Under the pieces are notes generated by a model that ran no database searches, was not told where the DNA came from, and saw only the letters and a program-made list of their open reading frames with translations. A program made the position numbers and the translations under genes. Shown here one piece after another: positions 58,836 to 64,000 of a DNA stretch of 64,000 nt; within the stretch, counting starts at the first letter, position 1, and the number at the start of each line of letters is the position of its first letter. Source of the DNA: an uncultured Bacteroidia bacterium (GTDB taxonomy: Bacteria; Bacteroidota; Bacteroidia; Bacteroidales; UBA932); assembly GCA_902795735.1 (NCBI GenBank), contig CADBMD010000158.1, positions 2,047-66,046 on the forward strand, given 5' to 3'.

Positions 58836-59831
58836 ATGAAATCCATTTTAGGAATAGGGAACGCTCTGACGGACATCCTGGCGGTCTTCCCTGACGATTC
58901 GATGCTTCGAGAGTACCATCTTCCTCCGGGAAGCATGCAGCATGTCGACCTTGAGACAGGAGACCGTATCTGGTCCAAACTCAAGGAATTCGGAGTCAAA
59001 TATGTACCAGGAGGATCTGCGGCCAACACCATCACTTGCACCTCGATATTCGGGATGCCGTCCGGTTTTATCGGAAAGATAGGCAACGACGAGCTCGGCC
59101 TCCTGTACAAAAGCACCCTGGAGCAGTTCGGAGTCAAGACAACACTCCTTCAAGGCACCAAGGGTTCCGGCCGCGCCATGTGCTTCATCACAGGAGCCAA
59201 TGCCGAAAGGACCTTCGCCGACTACATGGGGGCAGCCTTGGAACTGGTTCCGGAGGACTTGAAGCCGGAATACTTCGAAGGGTATGACTATTTCCACATC
59301 GAAGGCTATCTGGTCCAGAACCAGGACCTGATCCGGAAAGCCGTGCAGATGGCCAAGGATGCCGGCTGCAAGATTTCCATTGACATGGCTTCCTACAACG
59401 TGGTGGAATCCAATGAAGCCTTCTTCCATAACCTCGTCGAAAAATACATAGACATCATCTTCGCAAATGAAAGCGAAGCCAGGGCTTACTCCAAACTTGA
59501 ACCCAGGGAAGCCCTCGACATGCTCGCATCGCAGTGCGAAATCGCTGTCGTAAAAGTTGGAAAAGATGGGTCCATGGTCAAGCAAGGTGATGAATATCAC
59601 TACATTGACGCCTGGCCCGCGGCCACTGTCGACGCCACTGGAGCCGGCGACACCTACGCTGCAGGATTCCTTTATGCGCATTCTCTTGGGATGCCGCTGA
59701 AGATTTGCGGAGAAATCGGCTCGATAATTGCGGCAAAGGTGGTCGAAGTGATAGGAACCAAGATAGATGTCCCCAGGTGGAGGGATGCCAAACAGGAGAT
59801 CCGGGATCTCATAGCTGCATTCAATAGTTAG
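58836..59831 (+). CDS. PfkB-family kinase (adenosine-kinase-like)
   Basis: Motifs GIGNALTD, GGSAANT, HIEGYL, FANESEA and DATGAGDTYAAGF. Confidence 0.85.
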   Translation: MKSILGIGNALTDILAVFPDDSMLREYHLPPGSMQHVDLETGDRIWSKLKEFGVKYVPGGSAANTITCTSIFGMPSGFIGKIGNDELGLLYKSTLEQFGVKTTLLQGTKGSGRAMCFITGANAERTFADYMGAALELVPEDLKPEYFEGYDYFHIEGYLVQNQDLIRKAVQMAKDAGCKISIDMASYNVVESNEAFFHNLVEKYIDIIFANESEARAYSKLEPREALDMLASQCEIAVVKVGKDGSMVKQGDEYHYIDAWPAATVDATGAGDTYAAGFLYAHSLGMPLKICGEIGSIIAAKVVEVIGTKIDVPRWRDAKQEIRDLIAAFNS

Positions 59832-59834
59832 GGT

Positions 59835-60368
59835 ATGTTGGAATTTGTCAAGAATATTTTCAGGAAAAGGAGCTTGAAAAGGCATGCGAGTTCGATTCCT
59901 ACTGGAATCCTGCCCCTGACCCAGATCAAGTCATATGTGGCGATAATCGATGTGGAGGACACCTCCTACGACACTTGCAAGTCTGCAATAATGAACTATT
60001 TCAGGAGCATGGACATAAGAGGGTCCGTGTTCTTCCAGGATTTCCGCAAGATAGGAAGCGAGGACCGGCTCATCACAAGCATCCAGACCACCATCACCAA
60101 GAAAGACCTGGACTGGATCGGAAGGCCCTCTAAATACAAGCTGGGTGTCATGGAAAAAGAGGATCCGGACCTGTTCATCTCCTTGATCAAAGAACCGGAA
60201 TTTGCGATTGAATACCTCACAAAGACCTCGAAGGCCCGTTTCAAGATCGGCCGCAAGCAGATGGAAGGAAACCTTTTCGACCTGGTGATAACCGACCCCG
60301 CTGGAAAGAACATTTCCCAGCTTGAAAGTTGGAATGCCATCAAGAACTACCTCGGAAAGATAAGATAG
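59835..60368 (+). CDS. Conserved Bacteroidota hypothetical protein (DUF6913-like)
   Basis: Tight operon spacing. KKDLDWIGRP and SKARFKIG motifs are recalled from this family. Confidence 0.55.
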   Translation: MLEFVKNIFRKRSLKRHASSIPTGILPLTQIKSYVAIIDVEDTSYDTCKSAIMNYFRSMDIRGSVFFQDFRKIGSEDRLITSIQTTITKKDLDWIGRPSKYKLGVMEKEDPDLFISLIKEPEFAIEYLTKTSKARFKIGRKQMEGNLFDLVITDPAGKNISQLESWNAIKNYLGKIR

Positions 60369-60371
60369 GAA

Positions 60372-61259
60372 ATGTCAAGCTTGACCAAGAACCTGATCGT
60401 CGCACTCAAGGGTTACGCCATGGGTGCGGCGAATGTCATTCCGGGAGTGTCCGGAGGCACTATCGCCCTCCTCACCGGAATATTCAATGAACTCATAGAA
60501 TCCTTGAATGCCCTGATGAGCCTTTCTTCATGGAAAATGCTCTTCAAAGGCCGCTTCGGCGATTTCTGGAAGGAAATCCATGGGACTTTCCTGCTCTGGC
60601 TTGCCCTGGGTGTCCTGCTGAGCATCTTCTCCCTGGCAAAGCTCATGGAGTACGTACTCTCGCATCATCCAGTCCAGACATGGGCTTTCTTCTTCGGCCT
60701 GATAATAGTCTCCGCCATATTCATGCTGTCTGACATAAAAGGATGGAAGGGAAAGGACTGCCTGTGGCTTGTGCTTGGAATCATCCTCGGCGCTTTCATC
60801 TGCCTGATGTCCCCCACCGAGACCACTTCAGACCTCTGGTTCATCGCCCTGTGCGGAGCGATAGCCATCTGCACGATGATCCTTCCCGGAATATCGGGCA
60901 GCTTCATACTGGTCCTGCTGGGGAAATACGAGTTCATCATGAAGGCCGTAAGCGAGTTGGACATTCCCGTCCTTGTGGTTTTCGCTATCGGCTGCGCCAT
61001 CGGGATAATCGCATTCTCGAAATTCCTGCACTGGCTGATCGGGAAATATGAAAGGCCTACCCTCCTGGTACTTATTGGCTTCACCATTGGAGCTCTCGTC
61101 AAAGTGTGGCCATGGGCTGACAAGGCGGCAAATGAAGCAGCCAACACTCTGAACGTCGTTCCAGCCGGAACGATGCACATAGGTGGTGCAATCCTGTGGG
61201 CCCTCGTCGGAGCCGGACTTGTGCTTTGTCTTGAACTGCTTTCGAAGAAAAAAGCCTAA
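60372..61259 (+). CDS. DUF368 membrane protein
   Basis: Motifs MGAANVIPGVSGGTIA and MILPGISGSFIL, with multiple TM segments. Confidence 0.9.
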   Translation: MSSLTKNLIVALKGYAMGAANVIPGVSGGTIALLTGIFNELIESLNALMSLSSWKMLFKGRFGDFWKEIHGTFLLWLALGVLLSIFSLAKLMEYVLSHHPVQTWAFFFGLIIVSAIFMLSDIKGWKGKDCLWLVLGIILGAFICLMSPTETTSDLWFIALCGAIAICTMILPGISGSFILVLLGKYEFIMKAVSELDIPVLVVFAIGCAIGIIAFSKFLHWLIGKYERPTLLVLIGFTIGALVKVWPWADKAANEAANTLNVVPAGTMHIGGAILWALVGAGLVLCLELLSKKKA

Positions 61260-62080
61260 GCCGGGGGCGTCTCCCTCGGACAGTATCCGTAGAATCCCTT
61301 GTAGGCCCTGGAGAAAAACGCCGGGTCCTTGAAACCTGATTCAAGCATCGCTTCGCTCACCATGCAGTCGCTCTCGGAAAGCAGCCTGTGAGCTTCCTTA
61401 AGCCGACGCCTGACGATCCACTTCTCCGGAGTCAGTTCACTTATCTTCTTGAAATCCCTTTTGAAAGAAGAAAGACTCCTTCCTGTGTAACGAGCAAGTT
61501 CAGGAAGGGAGAGGTCATACATATAGTTCTCTTCCATGAATGAAAGCAGATCTATCTTCCAAGGTTGCGTGAAATCAAACAATGAAGCATAGAACTGCCT
61601 GTCAGCAGACAGGATGCACCTCAACCCCTCACGTCGTTTCTGCCAGGCGACCTCTTCAGGAAGGGCATCCGATGAATCCAGATACGGAGTCAGCGACAGG
61701 AACAGGCTTTCGAGAGACGGACCTGCCGGAATCTTGAGGACAGCATCATCCTGAGGCAAGACATCCAATGGGAGATATTCCTTGGACAAACTCCTGAAAT
61801 ACGACAACAGGAACTTCCTACAGAAAAAAAGGGCTATCGATCTGAACGGCATGTCACCCTGAGGGGACCAAGCGTCCAGGACTACACGGTGATCCTTCCT
61901 CAAGAACACGCAATCTCCAGCCTCGAGAGGTGTATGCCGGCCATTGAACACCACTTCCGCACGGCCCGATGCAATGTAAAGGAGGGTATGCTCCTTTATG
62001 TGCTGCGGCCCTCGCACATCTTCCCTGTCGACTCGGGAAAAGACTACTCCCGACTGATTGTTTCTGCTGTATCCTGTCAT
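61256..62080 (-). CDS. AraC-family regulator (ExsA-like N-terminal domain)
   Basis: EHTLLYIASG cupin-like N-terminus, and double HTH LPELARYTGRSLSSFKRDF...GFKDPAFFSRAYK..YG. Confidence 0.92.
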   Translation of the reverse strand: MTGYSRNNQSGVVFSRVDREDVRGPQHIKEHTLLYIASGRAEVVFNGRHTPLEAGDCVFLRKDHRVVLDAWSPQGDMPFRSIALFFCRKFLLSYFRSLSKEYLPLDVLPQDDAVLKIPAGPSLESLFLSLTPYLDSSDALPEEVAWQKRREGLRCILSADRQFYASLFDFTQPWKIDLLSFMEENYMYDLSLPELARYTGRSLSSFKRDFKKISELTPEKWIVRRRLKEAHRLLSESDCMVSEAMLESGFKDPAFFSRAYKGFYGYCPRETPPA

Positions 62081-62087
62081 TTCAGTG

Positions 62088-62142
62088 CAAAGATAAACAC
62101 TAAATGGACTTTTCAGTCAAATAAGTTGGACTTTTCAGTCAA
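62088..62142. promoter_or_regulatory. AraC -7 element and tandem direct-repeat binding sites
   Basis: TATCTTTG on the minus strand at 62088-62095. TGGACTTTTCAGTCAA occurs exactly twice, at 62105-62120 and 62127-62142 (22-bp period). Confidence 0.75.
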
Positions 62143-62188
62143 TCCGTTTTGGAAGCTATCACGTTACTTTGCAGAAAATAACGGACTT

Positions 62189-64000
62189 ATGATGAGAATG
62201 TTTCTCTTAACCATAGCCGCATTTGCTTCCGCCATGGTGGCAAAAGCAGCGCCTGAAGAGCCAGAAAAAGAAATAACCGACACTTTGAAAACCTCCGTCG
62301 TAACCGGCACCAGGATTGAGATGGACAGGTTCCGTCTCCCTGCTCCTGTGTCAGTTATCGGGCGCAGTACCATCGAAAACAGTGATGAAAGCGCTCTCAT
62401 GCCTTCGCTTATGGAGGAAGTCCCCGGCCTGTTCGTAACTTCAAGGACCGTTACCGGTTACGGAGTTTCCACAAATGCTGCCGGAGGTATTTACCTCCGT
62501 GGCTTCGGGGCAGGAAACGGCAGGACACTCATCCTGATTGACGGACATCCTCAGTACATGTCCATCTATGGCCATGCCGTTGCAGACGAGTATCTGTCCG
62601 ACCTAGCTGAAAGGGTAGAAGTGACCAGAGGCGCAGCTTCCGTCATCTACGGATCCAATGCAATGGGCGGAGCCATCAACATCCTGACCCGCCAGCCCGA
62701 CTTTACTGGTAACAGGATCAATGCGAAAGTAATGGGGGGATCGTATGGCTTATTCAGGGCCTCCGCCACAGATCAATATGCCACAGACAGGTTCTACATC
62801 GTCGCGAATGCCGGCTACAACAGGTCTGACGGACATCGTCCCAATTCCGCATTCCGTTCCGCAAATGGCCTGCTGAAGGCGTCCTACAAGATTTCCGATG
62901 CCTGGAAAGTCAGTGCCGAGGGAAACATCTTGAATGCATATTCAGAGAATCCTGGCAAGGAAGATTCTCCCCTTCTCGACGGGAATGCCGACATCACCAG
63001 GCTGATGTCCTGGATCTCTCTCGAGAATCATTATGACAGGACCGACGGTGGCCTCAACCTCTATTTCAACAGAGGCAACCACATCATCAACGATGGCTAT
63101 TTTGCAGGTGGTTCTCCGAAAGAATATCTCTTCCACAGTACCGACTGGCAAGGCGGAGTCAACCTTTTCCAGGCCGTAAAGCTTTTCAAAGGCAATTCCG
63201 TCACCGGCGGCATCGACATGAAGTACTATGGTGGCGACGCCTACCGCAATCCTGTCACTGAATATTATGCCGACCATAAGAAGCTCCATGAAGAAGCGGC
63301 CTACATCCTTGCCCAGCAGTTCGCCGGTCCGTTCACTTTCGATGCAGGAGTCCGAGTAGAGAACCACAGCCTTTACGGAGTAGAATGGGTTCCCCAAGCT
63401 GGTGTCAGCTGGCTGGCCGCCCCTGGAACCAGCATAAAGCTGTCGGCATCAAAGGGGTTCCGCACCCCCAACCTGCGCGAGCTCTACATGTATGGAGTTG
63501 CCAACGAAAACCTTGAGCCAGAGGAAGCCTGGAGTTACGACCTTACTCTTTCTAAAAGATGGCTCGAGGGACGCTTGAACACGGAACTTTCCTTGTACCA
63601 TACTGATGGTTCCAACATTGTGGAAGTCGGCGTGGTGGACGGCTGGAGGGCCAACCACAACATCGGAGCCTTCCACAACAACGGAATTGAGTTCTGCGCT
63701 TCCTGGCAAGCCTTGGACAACCTGAAATTCAACGCCAACTACAGCTATCTCCACATGAGCAAGATCTACACCGGGGCTCCTGGGCACAAGGCCTATGTTT
63801 CAGGAACATGGAACTTCGGGGATTTCTGCCTGAACGTAGGAGCCATGGGCATAAAGGACCTTCACATCTCCGATTCAGACTCAACCATCACCAGCGACTA
63901 TGTTGACTTGAAGTGCCGTTTCTCATGGCAGGCCACTTCATGGATGAGCCTGTTCGTACGAGGAGAGAACCTCCTCAACAAAACCTACTCGACCATGGAT
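62189..64000 (+). CDS. TonB-dependent receptor (BtuB/CirA-like), runs off the window
   Basis: Not in the ORF track. Manual translation: MMRMFLLTIAAFASAMVAKA...SVVTGTR...VPGLFV...IYLRG...LILIDGHP...AERVEVTRGAASVIYGSNAMGGAINILTR, i.e. a TonB box and plug. Confidence 0.9.
   Translation, partial: MMRMFLLTIAAFASAMVAKAAPEEPEKEITDTLKTSVVTGTRIEMDRFRLPAPVSVIGRSTIENSDESALMPSLMEEVPGLFVTSRTVTGYGVSTNAAGGIYLRGFGAGNGRTLILIDGHPQYMSIYGHAVADEYLSDLAERVEVTRGAASVIYGSNAMGGAINILTRQPDFTGNRINAKVMGGSYGLFRASATDQYATDRFYIVANAGYNRSDGHRPNSAFRSANGLLKASYKISDAWKVSAEGNILNAYSENPGKEDSPLLDGNADITRLMSWISLENHYDRTDGGLNLYFNRGNHIINDGYFAGGSPKEYLFHSTDWQGGVNLFQAVKLFKGNSVTGGIDMKYYGGDAYRNPVTEYYADHKKLHEEAAYILAQQFAGPFTFDAGVRVENHSLYGVEWVPQAGVSWLAAPGTSIKLSASKGFRTPNLRELYMYGVANENLEPEEAWSYDLTLSKRWLEGRLNTELSLYHTDGSNIVEVGVVDGWRANHNIGAFHNNGIEFCASWQALDNLKFNANYSYLHMSKIYTGAPGHKAYVSGTWNFGDFCLNVGAMGIKDLHISDSDSTITSDYVDLKCRFSWQATSWMSLFVRGENLLNKTYSTMD

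Noticed and set aside
58836-59831. Functional link between the adenosine-kinase-like gene and the nucleic-acid utilization locus
   Set aside because: It lies about 45 kb away in an unrelated operon, and nothing in the sequence connects them.
58848-59885. 345-aa minus-strand ORF
   Set aside because: Antisense shadow of the PfkB kinase.

Overview
Gene-dense 64 kb from a Bacteroidota (Bacteroidales-type) chromosome, inferred from the SusC/SusD pair, Bacteroidota-type lipoproteins and repeated TAnnTTTG -7 promoter elements. From left to right: a partial tricorn-type S41 protease, an unknown secreted TIM-barrel glycosidase-like protein, Dcp peptidase, and an orphan C-terminal remnant of a TonB-dependent receptor. 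Next is a five-gene putative extracellular nucleic-acid utilization locus with no SusD, lying just downstream of xth; it comprises a multi-OB-fold BACON lipoprotein, a NucA-type nuclease lipoprotein, a secreted EEP nuclease, a TonB-dependent receptor and a DUF5689-like lipoprotein. Then come two paralogous SGNH esterases, GH92, a 51-bp hairpin-containing tandem repeat, a lipoprotein lactonase and GH95. A ~33 kb divergent pectin/galacturonate cluster carries two LacI-type operators; it includes GH28, CE12-CE8, GH105, PL1, SusC/D, a giant four-module beta-helix lipoprotein, uxaCAB, kdgK, eda, exuT, an unknown (alpha/alpha) enzyme, kduD, kduI, a lyase-GH105 fusion and DUF4861. The window ends with GH78, housekeeping/envelope genes, and an AraC gene divergent from a partial TonB receptor. 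I saw no rRNA, tRNA, CRISPR array or transposase. All family assignments come from motif recognition by eye, not from database searches.
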